A DNA stretch of 63,765 bases, the filler included, from Folioceros fuciformis (Eukaryota): the NCBI GenBank assembly GCA_049999805.1. It is 3 parts of 3 records of this genome, joined end to end, with 100 filler letters (N's around TTAATTAATTAA, not from the genome) between each part and the next. Parts side by side here need not be neighbours in the genome. Positions count along the whole stretch, not along the records: positions 29,981 to 55,457 come from JBNGIO010006132.1; 2 more parts are not named here. One strand, given 5' to 3'. The translations under genes were made by a program, and so were the position numbers. A model generated the notes under the pieces. It made no database searches. It was not told where the DNA came from and saw only the letters and a list, made by a program, of their open reading frames with translations. Positions 40,736 to 53,047 of this stretch are shown here, in pieces; position 1 is the first letter of the stretch, and every line of letters starts with the position of its first letter.

Positions 40736-41134
40736 GTGAATGAAGGTCACCGGCGAGGTCTTGCAATAATGGTCAGTATAGAAAAAGGCAGAGATGGAGG
40801 ACAGCTAGACAGAGGGCGGCTTGACGTTCTTCTCCAAGGTGTGCCCTGGAAGTTTGAGATAGCTTGTGCGGTGGACGATCTTAAGGAAGCGAAATCAACG
40901 TTGGAGCACCTTCTCAGGCATCCTGACTCAGAAAAGGACGATTGTTTTCTGTTTTGCGTTAATGCCCATGGCGAGACTGAAGAAGATGGTAGAGAGTATG
41001 TTTGCTTAGGTGAAGTAGATAAGGCGGAGAAGCTGTACGGTGAAGAAGATGTTTTGATCAGGGCCATAGCCATTGCCAAGTACTTAGTGGTGGTAGACCC
41101 ACCTGCATGTTCCACCGGGTGTAGGCATAGATAG
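40736..41134 (+). other. Caspase/metacaspase-like (clan CD) domain fragment
   Basis: DCFLFCVNAHG (His-Gly) and KYLVVVDPPACSTG (D..AC) in caspase-like order and spacing. Confidence 0.4.
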
Positions 41135-42790
41135 GGCAGGGATAACGTCAAAGGTTGGATGCGATATCATGCACAGCCCAAACCATCGGTTCAATAGAAG
41201 TAGATTCTAAAAACGAATCGGACATATTACAACGGCAGAATGTCACTACCTTTCCCTCTCCGTATGTTTTCCCTTACAGCAAGTGTAAAAAACAGCAACC
41301 ATGCCTATTGGGTGAAGAAGGCACACGACACAGGTCAACAACCATGAAAATGGACAAAGACCTTGGCTGGAATCCACATCCACATCAGAATCCATATCCT
41401 TGTACACCCGATAAGCTTGACTAGTGCAGGAGCGCGCCCATCCCACAAGAAATGATTCAAAAGGAACAAGAAAGAAAGGAAGCAAGAAGAGCAATAGAAT
41501 AGTTGTACCATCCTGATGCCAACCAGATTTCAAGCACACAAAAGGTTTGTGGAGCAAGCATTGACGACGCTCCAACCTAGAGAATGAATTCCAGGTACGT
41601 GGAGGAGGCAGCGTGAATAGGCTCCACCTCAACCTCAATAGGTTGCTTCCCATTAATAGGCCAAGGGATGGCATTCACTAGTGCGCCTTGAAAATGATGC
41701 CATGAAATGATTCCCACACTGGAGCATGACTAATTGCATACCATGTATGGAATATAGATCAGAGATCAAGTGAAGTTTTGTGAAATGTTTCAAGTATTGT
41801 ATAGGGAAACAAGTTTTCCAACTAGTCTTCGTAAGATTGACATTCCATACACAAAAAGATCTACCGCAGTTCACCAGCTAAGGAACCAAAAGATAGATAG
41901 TGTAGATACTAAATAACCAACTATTTGCTATACATTGTTGCAATTTATGTGCCACCCATTATGGCAATTTATTTGCTATCTATTGTTGCAACAATTGCAA
42001 ATTATGTCCAATGGGTCCATCTTGCATGCAACATTGGGTCTACATAGTCTAGCCCTTATTGCTAATATTGGGTTGGACTCCAGGCAATCTAGGTCTGGAC
42101 CTTGCCCTTAACATTTTGTCCTCACCACCGCTTGCAATTAATATTGAGTCCACAATCTTGACTTGTTGGTAAAATTAGATCCACAAACTATACACTTTAA
42201 ATTTGCCAATAAAATGACGTTCTCGCTATAACCTTGCCAATGAAAAAAGTTGGGTCCATACCAAAGATATGAGTTGTGTCCACATTATCCCTTACTAGGT
42301 ATTATAAGTTGGGTCCTTGTCAGAAACATTAGGGCGTGTCATTCTTATTGGTTTGTCTTGTATTTGGTCGAGACATGCCATCGTACGATACTTACGTATT
42401 AGATCAAATACGTAAGCATTTGGGTTGCGTCGAATCCACTAGGGGGTATCCTAATAGATTTCGCTAATACGTAATACTTCGTGAACTTATATGCCACCCG
42501 TCATTCCATCCCCATGTGACCAGGGTGTGACCCACCCGTATAAATGCCGTCCTTCTCTCCCTCCAAATTGCCCTTACTTCTCATTGCTTATCGCCCTTCT
42601 CTCCCTCCAAATCGCTCTTACTTCTCATTGCCCTCGCTCTCCCTCCAAATTGCTCTTGCTTCTCATCGCCCTTGCTCTTCCTCCAAATCTCTCTGCTTGG
42701 ATCCTTGTAGGCTGCCCACCTTCCAATGCATCACTGAATGGCTTGCCAAGGGTTTGGTGTTGATTACTCTGAGTGTTGTAGGCCATTACT

Positions 42791-44100
42791 ATGCCATATC
42801 GCTCACTGCGGAAGCAATTTTTATTGGACTTGGAGAAAGTTATGGCCATTACAAGTTTGCTCAACGACACTTCTGAGGAGGAGGATTCGTCTGATGAGGA
42901 AGAAACTCTCTCTGATTTATATATACTTGCTCAAGCATCTCGATTTGTGAATGTGAAAGGCAAACGTCATCACCCCTTGTACTTGTGGTCATCCACACTT
43001 TCTAACATGCATCCAGATGAGTTCAGACAATTGCTACGTACTTCACATCAGGGTTTCAAGTCGCTCTGCACCCTCCTTAGCAACAACCAAGTTTTCTTTA
43101 ACAACTCCAATTGTTCTCAGAGTCAAGTTGCTTGGCAATTGGGAGTTGCTTTATGTAGATTTGGAGCTGCAGGAAATGGAGCAAGCATTGGGAAAATATG
43201 TCAACTATTTCACATTGGCCATGGCACCGTTGTAAAATGGACCCAACGTGTGATCACTGCTTTGCTTGATATGCGCCATGAGTGGATGAAATGGCCAGAT
43301 GAGAGTAGACGTTCTGAGATTAGTGAAGTGATGTGCCTAGAGGGTTTTGAGGGATGTGTTGGCTTCATTGACGGGACAACTTTGCCGTTATCACAAAAGT
43401 CTGGTATTGGCGGCGAGCAATATTTTGATAGGAAACGAAGGTATGCCTTTAACATTTCACAAACATCAAAGACATCCAACATGCTTGATTTATGATTCCA
43501 ATACTATGTTTTGTGTGTACAGGTATTCTATGAACCTCCAAGTTGTCTGTGATGTAGACAAAAGAATCACTTCTCTACATGTTGGTTGTCCTGGCTCTAA
43601 TCATGATGCATTTGTGTTTCAAAGAATGAGTATTTATAAGGATCCAAGAGCTCATTTTTCGGTAGGGCAATACCTTCTAGGAGATTCCGCATATCCAGTG
43701 TCACATTTTTGTATTCCATCATATCAAGCTCCTACCTCTAGGGAGAATATAGAGTTCATTTATTGCTTATCTAAAAGCACAGTTCGAAATGAGCATTGCA
43801 TTGGCATATTGAAGTCCAGGTGGGGATCTCTGCGAGAGCTACGACGCCAAATCAAATGTGAAGAGGATGTTAGACAAATATCTAGGTGGGTTGTTGCATG
43901 TTGCCTCCTACACAACATGTTGGCCAACCTTGGGGATGCTTGGAATGAGTTTTTATCATGAGAAAGATCCTGTGTTGAATGCACAGGATGACCTGACACA
44001 AGTTTATGGAAATACAGCTGCAAGCTTTCATGAAGTTTTAAAGCCCAAAGTACTAGCTAGAAATTATGAGAGAGGTGTATTGCCGTTAACTCATGTATGA
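42791..44100 (+). CDS. Harbinger (HARBI1-like) DDE transposase
   Basis: GFIDGT, YSMNLQVVCD, GSNHD, LLGDSAY, RNEHCIGILKSRW, CCLLHN; one intron at about 43442-43522; probable frameshift near 43955. Confidence 0.9.
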
Positions 44101-44122
44101 ACTGTTACTTTTGAAGGGCTAT

Positions 44123-45427
44123 CTACAGACTCTTATCATTGCCAAAATTCTTTTCCAACTTCTGAATGATGTCCTTCATTTCTTCTCGATCCAACTTTGC
44201 ATCAAGAACGGACTTCCACAGCTCCATTCGCTTTATCTCAAGCTTGGTTTTGTTGTCCTCTTTGGCAATTTCCAATTTCAAATGTCTCTCTTCCCGTTGT
44301 GCAGCTTGTTGTGATTCTCTCTCCTCTCTCATTGTAGTTTGTTGCACTTGGAATCTTTCTTTCTCCCATGCCAACTTCTCTGTCTCTGTTGCTTGTCGCA
44401 CTATCATTACAGGAAATATTATTATATGACAAGAATGTTGTTGGTTTGCCATTGAAAACAAAGTGCTTCGAAGCCACAACTTACTTTGTGCTTTGGCCTT
44501 GGTAGCCATATGGAAAGAGTGTGCAAAAGAGTTGGTGCTTTTGTTATCCCGTGCACTTGCACCTACATCAAGTTTGGCCGGTGCCCTCTTACTGTCCACT
44601 TTTCTAGCATCAGCCTTCACTTTGTGTGAACTGGTGGATGATGGAGAGGGCAAACTCTTTCGCTTAGTCCCAACTTTAAGTCCCTGTAGTTCACTGTCAC
44701 CAAGTTGCATGGAAGCACCAATGATGGTATCATCGTTAGCTAGAGAATCAAGGTCTACTACTTCATGATCCCTATACATACTATCCAAATCCTCTGTAGC
44801 ATTAAGCATACTAGTGAAGCATTCTACACCTCTTGTTGTATCATCAAGTTGTGAGGGCATAGTGAAACCCTGTTGGATGCCCTCTAGGTTCTGCTCAAGA
44901 TTATCTGCATTAACCTCAGCTTCATGGAGGATTGGCATGTCTTCATTCAAGGAACGATGCAGCTGACCTCCTGATGTGCCTTCAACCCCCTGATCGTATT
45001 CAAAATGAGGCTCAATATTTGCCCTGCTACCAAACAGTTTGTCGATTCTATAAAAAAAAGGGCATAACATCTCAAACTTTCGTTCAATGGTGTGAATCCC
45101 TTTAGCTCTATCAGATTCATCCAAACCAAAACCGGTAGTGTTGAGGAGGGCCTTTGTCTTTGTGTATCTCTGTTTGTAAGTCTTGAACCTCTCCCGCATC
45201 GCCTTACCATCTAGCATAAGGCGAACTTTGCTAGCTAGAGTGACATGATCAGCTAGTTTTTTGTATCCTACATTAGCTGGAACACATGTCATCCCAATGG
45301 AAGTCTTACCTTCCTCTCCCCAAAGCATGCTTCTATTAGCTGGATTTTCTAACCATGTCACAATTATAGCATAATCTGCATGGTTGAGATGCGCCTTTTT
45401 GTTAATAATTGATGCATCATTAGGCAT
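44123..45427 (-). CDS. Harbinger ORF1 Myb/trihelix-like DNA-binding protein
   Basis: IVTWLENPAN...YKKLADHV...RERFKTYKQRY...TGFG...CPFFYRIDKLFG plus a C-terminal coiled coil; convergent with the transposase inside the TIRs. Confidence 0.8.
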   Translation of the reverse strand: MPNDASIINKKAHLNHADYAIIVTWLENPANRSMLWGEEGKTSIGMTCVPANVGYKKLADHVTLASKVRLMLDGKAMRERFKTYKQRYTKTKALLNTTGFGLDESDRAKGIHTIERKFEMLCPFFYRIDKLFGSRANIEPHFEYDQGVEGTSGGQLHRSLNEDMPILHEAEVNADNLEQNLEGIQQGFTMPSQLDDTTRGVECFTSMLNATEDLDSMYRDHEVVDLDSLANDDTIIGASMQLGDSELQGLKVGTKRKSLPSPSSTSSHKVKADARKVDSKRAPAKLDVGASARDNKSTNSFAHSFHMATKAKAQSKLWLRSTLFSMANQQHSCHIIIFPVMIVRQATETEKLAWEKERFQVQQTTMREERESQQAAQREERHLKLEIAKEDNKTKLEIKRMELWKSVLDAKLDREEMKDIIQKLEKNFGNDKSL

Positions 45428-45733
45428 ACCCTTATTCCAGGTTTGTTTTTTGGCAAGAGGCTAAGTTAACGGGTCTAGCAAACTGTCCATACTCGTATTG
45501 CAATCTTGCCCACAGAGAGTCCTGCTTGGTACTTGCACAAAGAGAGAGGCCACAACACCAGATTGAGGCATGGCAAGTAGAAGGCACTCTCCATGTACTT
45601 GTTAATTCGCCACTTACCACAAAATAGCTCCCCAGCTCTAAGAAAGGCACATACAACAGCACCTGGATCACGCGCTGGAGGAGCTCATCATGAGCTTGGC
45701 GGACTGCAACACAGGATTTCAACGTAGGCGGGT

Positions 45734-45862
45734 TAGAGGTGATGAGCTTGAAGGTCTTCAGCGATGAGCCGACTCGAAGGTCTTCGGCTAGAGGTGATGA
45801 GCCTGAAGGTCTTCAGCGATGAGCCGACTCAAAGGTCTTCGGCTAGAGGTGATGAGCATGAA
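45734..45862. repeat. 55-bp subterminal tandem repeat, about 2.3 copies, inside the Harbinger element
   Basis: TAGAGGTGATGAGC.TGAAGGTCTTCAGCGATGAGCCGACTC.AAGGTCTTCGGC. Confidence 0.9.
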
Positions 45863-46328
45863 CTCTTCAACCATGAGATGACTAAGCAGTGTATAGAGTA
45901 CTCAAGATCCGGGTCACCCGTTTTTACTTCACACCCAGAATGCGCAATGACAACCCTCGAGATGCACACGCATATAATGGTGTGACCATGCGTATCCTCG
46001 TCTCTCGGAGATACGGCGTACCCGATTCATGAAATCGCAAGAATGACACACCCTATTGAGTCAAGACTACGCCTTGCTAGAATCATTTAATCCACACCAC
46101 TACTCGCTTGGTAGGATCATTCGATCCACACTACTACTCGCTTGCTACAATCATTTGATCCACACTACTCGATTGCCATTGGGTCCACACTGCACCATTG
46201 AGTTTGAACTATGCCTTGCTAGAATCATGCAGTCCACACTACTTGCTTGGCATGTAGTCCACACTATGCATAACATACATTGGGTTCATGTTGCTACTTT
46301 TGAGTTCACATTGCACGTCACCATACAT

Positions 46329-46497
46329 TGGGTCCATATTGCTCCTTGTTGGTGGCGTTGAATCCACACTGGGTCCATATTGCTCCTTGTTGGTGGCATT
46401 GAATCCACACTGGGTCCATATTGCTCCTTGTTGGTGGCATNNNNNNNNNNTGGCATTGAATCCACACTGGGTCCATATTGCTCCTTGTTGGTGGCAT
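46329..46497. repeat. 41-bp tandem repeat, 4 or more copies, spanning a gap
   Basis: TGGGTCCATATTGCTCCTTGTTGGTGGCATTGAATCCACAC. Confidence 0.92.
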
Positions 46498-46729
46498 ATA
46501 ATCCACATTGTACTCACCGAGAAACATTTGGTCTACAATGTGAACCCAATATTTGGAGTGTGAACCCAAGTGTGCTCTATTACATAACCATAGGCTAGGT
46601 GTCTCGAACTTGCTTTCACTTCCAACACTAGAGACAAGCATTATGCTTGGGCGATTACTGTTCATAATTTTTAAGTCGTTCATGTACAAACAGAACACGG
46701 GCCTAGTCCTCATTGTGCGTAGCCAACAA

Positions 46730-47620
46730 TTAGGGAGTATTCCATGTCACCAGAACCTTTTTGTCCTTGCTGTCAACAGCCTGGCGGCAGTCTCTCAGTT
46801 TACCACAATTTTCAGACCCAGCTATCAGGGCGTTCCACATTTTGCATATATGTCTACCAGGTTGGTGCCAAGAAACAACTCTGCTCTGGAGGACATCACA
46901 ATCAAATGTTCTTTCAAATTTCCCTTCTTCATCAGCCAATCTAAGCTGTCAAAAATGCCTGAGTAAAAAACTAAGCTCATTGGCAGGCCTTCATTAAAGA
47001 TTCCTCACCTGCGGCACTTACAGCACAATCGCATGCCTGTATGCAGTTTCCGGTGTATAGGAACCCTTCTTCTGCCAAAATGCAGTCACGACCCTCCTGG
47101 TACGGAACACCTAATGACACGTTCATCCAAAAGCCCAAACTCCTATCGTAGTAAGCCTAACGAAGGTTAGTACACTCCAGGTGGTTGTTGAAGTAGCTCA
47201 CATCATTCATAAGCTGTGAAGGTTTTGTTTATTATTGAAAAAAAAAGGAGAGTAAGCTGGATTCATAAGCTGTATGCTAAGTCGATTTTACATCGAGACA
47301 ACTCGAGTTGGGAACGAAGCAATTATCTGGCTTGGATGTGTATAGAAAAGACTTTGCAACAGCTGTTAACATGATGGATGAATGTGAAGTGTGTGCGGGC
47401 TCCCTTACGAGGACGTATGATTTTATGGCGACAAGCATTCATCGATGGAAAATGTTCCATTTCCGACCTAGAGTCTCTTGCTACAAACCGACCAGTTGCT
47501 ACAACGCACCCTCAGATTCTTCAACACTCGAATGGGAGCTGGAGCGGAAATGTTCGGCAGACGGGAAGCAATGGCCAGTTTCTCACTACGGTACTCTGCA
47601 CTGTCCTCTAAGCTGCTTTC
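46730..47620 (-). pseudogene. PLS-class PPR and DYW-domain remnants
   Basis: YRSEKLAIASRLPNISAPAPIRVLKNLRV, then a shifted RFVARDSR..HF (DYW-like); MWNALIAG..CGKL..VTWNT (PPR-like). Confidence 0.65.
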
Positions 47621-49357
47621 ACCGCCATCCTGTTCAACGTCACGCCGGCTGTGGCGAGGGTACTTCAAAATAGGATCCCTGTGACCCTGGAGATGACCTC
47701 GGTGCAGCAGTATGTAATCGGGGTCTATCCAGCCGTCTGGGTTCAATTTCTTCTCCTCCCTGACGTACTTCAACATCCAATCGATGGCGTTGTTCGCGGT
47801 CTCCATCCCCTTCAAGCTGATTCCTTCGTTCATGAGCTTCGTTGGACCAGTCGGTGAGCCCTCGTTGACGTCATCCAAAATGGCACCGGATAAGCCTGCA
47901 GACGAAGCAGACTACTTCATCTTGACTGAAGCCTTCAGAATCTCTAGGCCTCTGTATTTCTTCAGGCAAGGGTTTCTCCTCTATGCTTCTTGTAAGTCAG
48001 GTCAGAATCTGACAAATTGATTATTGCGGCCTCAACTTTCTCAACTGGAGAACCTGGAAGACTGGTCTCCAATGGTTTAGATGCACTAAAAGGGGATGGC
48101 AAAGTTGTAGCTGCAATTGAAAAGGATGCCAGAGGTGCAGCTGCACTTGAAGGGGTTGCCAAGGGCGTGGCTGGATTGAACGGAGAGGCCCATAATATAG
48201 AAAGTATGACTGGGAAGGACACAGCTGAAGGGGGTGCCGGGGGGATAACAGGCTTGGCAGGTATCTCCTCGTTCTTTCTTCTCTAGCTGCTCGATCCTCC
48301 GGAGAAACAGGACGTTGCCCAGGTGTGCGCGCTGCAGGCAGCACTTCGTATTGATAACCACTGATAGGACCCGTGTTGTTTCTTGAGGCACCGTGGGTTG
48401 CGTCCATGCCTCAATTTTACCAACAGAGCCCAATACTGTAGGCTGCACAGTCTTGATGAATACTGATAGTACCCGGCCTTGCTGTTTGAGGCGCAGTTGG
48501 TTGCGCCCATACCTCACTTTGCCACCGGAATCCAATACACTGGATGGCTTTCAAAAATAGTTGATCATACCCGACTTCATTTTCCCCTCTTTAGCCTGGG
48601 CGAATGTGTGATGAGCCCAGTTTCTAGCCTGGTGGGAACATCGCCCCTTTTGCCCCAGGCCTTGACCTGGACAGTTCGGTCAGTTAGGTCTTGGTCTCAC
48701 ATCAGAAACATGTGAAAAGAAACCTCTGGAGCCCTTTGCCCGGCACTGCGTCGGCCCTTTGCGATTCAGTTCCTCTAGTAATAATCCCGCTCCTTCGATG
48801 AAAAAAAACTCGTGTACTAACAATGTCGCGAACTGCTCACATCTTTACATATCAAGTCAAGCTTCTTAAAATATCTCGGGTCCGAGAGTCAATACTGCCT
48901 CACGTCCAGGAACGCAGTCGAGGTTACCTTGCCTGAGCTCTGCTGAAAAATTCTGCATTCTTGCCTCCTGACTGTCCAACACCGACATTTCTTCGATTAG
49001 AGGTTGATGAAGAACAGCTGAGGCCCCCCCCGCCTCCAGAAATCACGCACGAACTGGAACAGAGCTGCTCTTGCTGGGTTGGAAACATATCTCTTTGCCA
49101 GCTTCACCGCCTAAACTGCAACTCGATCAGTTCGGCTTGCTTGCTATCGTCCACACCCTGCACTCTCTAAATTTCCCGAGCCTGTCGTCAGAAGTTTCTC
49201 ATGAATTTCGCCTGAAGAGAGCATTGGTGTAGCAGAAGGAAACCATAAGAGACGAGACAACATGCCTGATTGAAAATCCACCAACACGCGGGCTTCGCAT
49301 TGCACGGGTCCGATTCGCACACATCCTTCAAGAAAATATTTCCATACGCACGCTTGT

Positions 49358-50648
49358 TCATCGGCGATATAAACCTGAACCTTGTAACATCTTGCTGTAA
49401 TCCGCCAGGACAGGAGACTTCTTCACCAAGTCCCAGATCCGAGCAGCATTCCTTAGCCAATCTCGCTCGCTCATGATTTTAGCAAATGGTCGTCTTGGCA
49501 TAGATAGCACCTACGAGGCATGAGTCAGGAAACCATGCAAACAACTTCCAGCGAACAAAAAAAAAAGTAGCTGACTGAAGCCGTACCCGATCTCGGAGCT
49601 GCCACATCATGGATGAGAAGCTTTCGTACTGCCTTCTCGTGCAATCTTCGACTCCTTTGAGAGGGAGCACAAAGAAATTAACTCCGCCAGCAGGAACCGG
49701 CCGGCCCGCAATCAACATATTATCATCCTGCACAGCTGCCTTGGAGTGCCTACCATGACTTGATGCGGGAAAGTGCGGGGCAATGTAGCTCACCGCTCCG
49801 TTCTTTCTAAACGCTGGCAGCGAAAATAACTTGCATAGCGTCCTTTCTAATCGCTGGAGTTCAGGCAGCGAGACCTCCTCATCCCTCAGCTTGGAATGCA
49901 CAAAAATCGTATCTGCGAAATAGTCTGCACTTTCGTCTAGCGTGCCATCAGCACTCTCAGGCTCAACTGCCCCCGCAGGCAGCGACGGGTCTGGAATTCC
50001 TTGCTTCAGCATCTCCACCGTCTGCATCAGGCGCAGCAACCTGACGTCCTGCAGCCCCTCCGTGACTAACAACACCACATGGCAAACTGAGCAAAGAAAC
50101 ATCCCGAGCTGCAATGACATGAGCTCCAGCGCCTGTTCCCCAGACACAACCTCACCCGGTAGCACGGGCACCGCCGACGATCCGTCCGGCCGCATCAGAT
50201 CCGTCAGGACGGATGCCGAGAACAGCGGCTGAGTGTCCAGCAAGATGAGCCGCTCCGCAGACACCCGCAGTTCCATCCCCATGCTACAATGCCTGGCAGT
50301 GGCTTGATTCTCCTCAGACTGCACTGCAAACGGCGGCAAAACGGAGGCAGGCGCGGTGGCGTCGAATCCGTAGAGCTGGTTCATGATGGTCGACTTCCCC
50401 ACTCCCGGCGCTCCAAGCACTCCGATTACCGTAAAATCGGTGTTGTCGGAGACGAGCGACATCGATCGCTCCAGCACGAACTCCCACGCATCAGACAGCA
50501 GATTGAGCGAACCATGCGGCAAGCGTGCGCGAGCTGTTCCGTCGTCCTCCCTTTCTCGCATCAGCTTCAAGCCCCCATCGATGCGCGGGGCGGCCGGCTT
50601 TGCCAGCAGGATCTTCGGCCCTACACCGCCTCCTGCCATAGCCACCAT
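49358..50648 (-). CDS. SMG9: Nonsense-mediated decay factor SMG9, 2 exons
   Basis: GPKILLAKP, DFTVIGVLGAPGVGKSTIMN, ILLDTQPLFSAS, FLCSVCHV; exon 2 VLSMPRRPF...SERDWLRNAARIWDLVKKS. Confidence 0.92.
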
Positions 50649-50840
50649 CGCCGAGCTCAACGCGTAGGTGCAGGGCTGCACGTTAAAGTAGTACGTCCCG
50701 AAGGCCTCTTGTCCTAGGGTTTCTTTTTATGAACTCAAACTCGGAGCATTCAGAGGACTCTGCTTGTAACTCTCCTGCTTGCGCATGCGCCTTACCCGTG
50801 GATTCGCTGTAGAGAGCCCTGGACGTGAGATTCTGCAACC

Positions 50841-53047
50841 ATGGTGCAAGAGGTGAGTTTCTGCCTTCGCTCAGTTGTTCCGGCAAGGAGATGCGACGTG
50901 TTAGCCTGCGGATTTCGGAGGGTGACATCTGTTTGGCGAGCTCAATCAGGGTTTCAAAAATTCCAATGCGTAGCGGATGGTTGAGGCCGGATGCCGGATG
51001 CCAGAAGTTTCAACGACCATTGCGTTGATGAATTGTGCAGGCAACTGTGATTTGCATTGACAACTCGGAGTGGATGCGAAATGGGGACTACTCGCCGACA
51101 CGGTTTCAGGCCCAAGCTGAAGCAGTCAACCTTATTTGTGGTGCCAAGACGCAGGTGGGTGTCTGGGTTCTAGGGTTTTCAGTTTGTTGCTATCCTCTTC
51201 TCGTGCGGTTTTGAGTGCTGAGATTTCAGGTTGCGAGGGAGTGTATGCTCTCTAAAAATGGCCTCGTTTGTTTTGACAGTCCAATCCGGAGAATACAGTT
51301 GGCATTCTGACGATGGCAGGGAAGGGAGTAAGGGTGCTTGTGAACCTAACCACAGATCTCGGGAAGATACTGGCTTGCATGCATGGTGAGGAAACAGATT
51401 AACGTTGGGATTTCGCTGACTGTTTTAGGGGGCACCATCCCTCACGGACCACAGTGGAATTTGCAGGTCTTGAGGTTGGTGGGGAGATGAATTTGACATC
51501 CGGTGTCCAAGTTGCTCAGTTAGCTTTGAAGCATCGTCAAAACAAACATCAGCGCCAACGAATTATTGTTTTCGCTGGCAGGTAAATCCTTTAATTTGTT
51601 CTTTGTTTGCTGGTATTCTACTTTTCCAGAATCATGTTGTGAGAATTGGCTTCCTCGGCAGCCCTATTTCGTCAGACAAGAAAACGCTGGAGAGCATTGG
51701 AAAAAGGTTGAAGAAGAACAATGTTGCCTTGGACATCGTTGATTTTGGGGAGGAGGAAGGTGGTAAGGCAGAGAAGTTGGATGCTTTGTTGACGTCCGTT
51801 AACAGTAACGACAACAGCCATATCGTGCACGTGGAACCCGGTCCAAATATTTTATCGGATGTGCTCATCAGGTATCCCGTCCTTCGCTACCTCGCACCTG
51901 CTTTGATAGAAAGCTGCAGGATAGGCTCAGATGAGTAAGGTATTGAAAGATGTGTACCACATGGCAGTACTCCAATCTTCACGGGCGATGGAGAGGGTGG
52001 TAGTGGCTTCGCAGCTGCTGCAGCAGCCGGTGCCGCAGCTGCAGCTGCTGGTGGAGGTGGTGCATTTGAATTTGGAGTAGATCCAAACCTGGATCCCGAG
52101 CTCGCTCTGGCACTCAGAGTGTCCATGGAGGAGGAGCGCGCAAGGCAAGAGGCAGCTGCTAGGAGAGCAGCTGAAGATTCGTCAACGAAAGCTGCACCTG
52201 GTGAAGGTTCTGGCAGTGCTGCAGATGTTGGCGCCACTGAAGCCAGTCCGGTTGTTGGAGCTCCAGACCGGGGACCCGATCTAATGGTAAGATGAACGTT
52301 GCCTACCCAAGTCCTAGTGGAGTGCTCGTCACTGCATGTATACTCACTGCCATGCTAATCCGCCACCACATTCCTACCCTGGCAGGACGATGACACAGCC
52401 CTGGAACAGGCCTTGAGCATGTCCATGGCAGAGGCAGGTGCTGGATTGACAACCTCAGGTCCTTCTCCATCGGGAGATCTTCCCATGCTAGATGCCAGCG
52501 CGGAGGATCCAGAGCTCGCATTGGGTAAGAAACCATTGATCCATTTCCCACAGTCAAGCACTCCCTCATGCGCAGGGGATGGATTCACGATCTTCTCCCT
52601 TGTCTGACTGTAAAACCCACGGCTGTTCAGCCCTTAAACTCTCGATGCAACAAGGTGCTGGGAATTCCCCATTGATTCGAGTGCTTGGTGACCGTCGGTT
52701 CATGTCCTCAATTCTAGTTACGGTAAGCAAATTCAACTTCCCTCACTCTCTGCTATCCTTGTCTTCCCTTCACGGTTCTCTTACCCTCTCCTACGTGTGT
52801 TACAGCTACCTGGGGTGGACCCGAACGACCCCTCAGTACGGGACGTCCTGGCATCACTTCAACAGGAAGGAGAGGTACAAACTTACCGTCGCGTCCCCCC
52901 ACACGACTCCTGTCCCGAGTGTTGGCATCTTGGAGGACTCCTCTGCTCTTTTCCCACTAATATCTCACCACTCTCACTCCTCTGCAGGATCCCAAGGAGG
53001 ACGAGCCTGGCGACAACAGCAACAACAGCAACAACAGCAACAAATGA
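50841..53047 (+). CDS. RPN10: 26S proteasome ubiquitin receptor RPN10 (PSMD4), multi-exon
   Basis: [64 protein letters not shown], UIMs, LPGVDPNDP. Confidence 0.97.

Larger units (their letters stand above)
42331..46054. mobile_element. PIF/Harbinger DNA transposon, full length (3724 bp)
   Basis: TIRs AGGGCGTGTCATTCTT (42331-42346) and AAGAATGACACACCCT (46039-46054), 15/16 match; ATT on both flanks (42328-30, 46055-57); convergent transposase and Myb-like ORFs. Confidence 0.92.
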
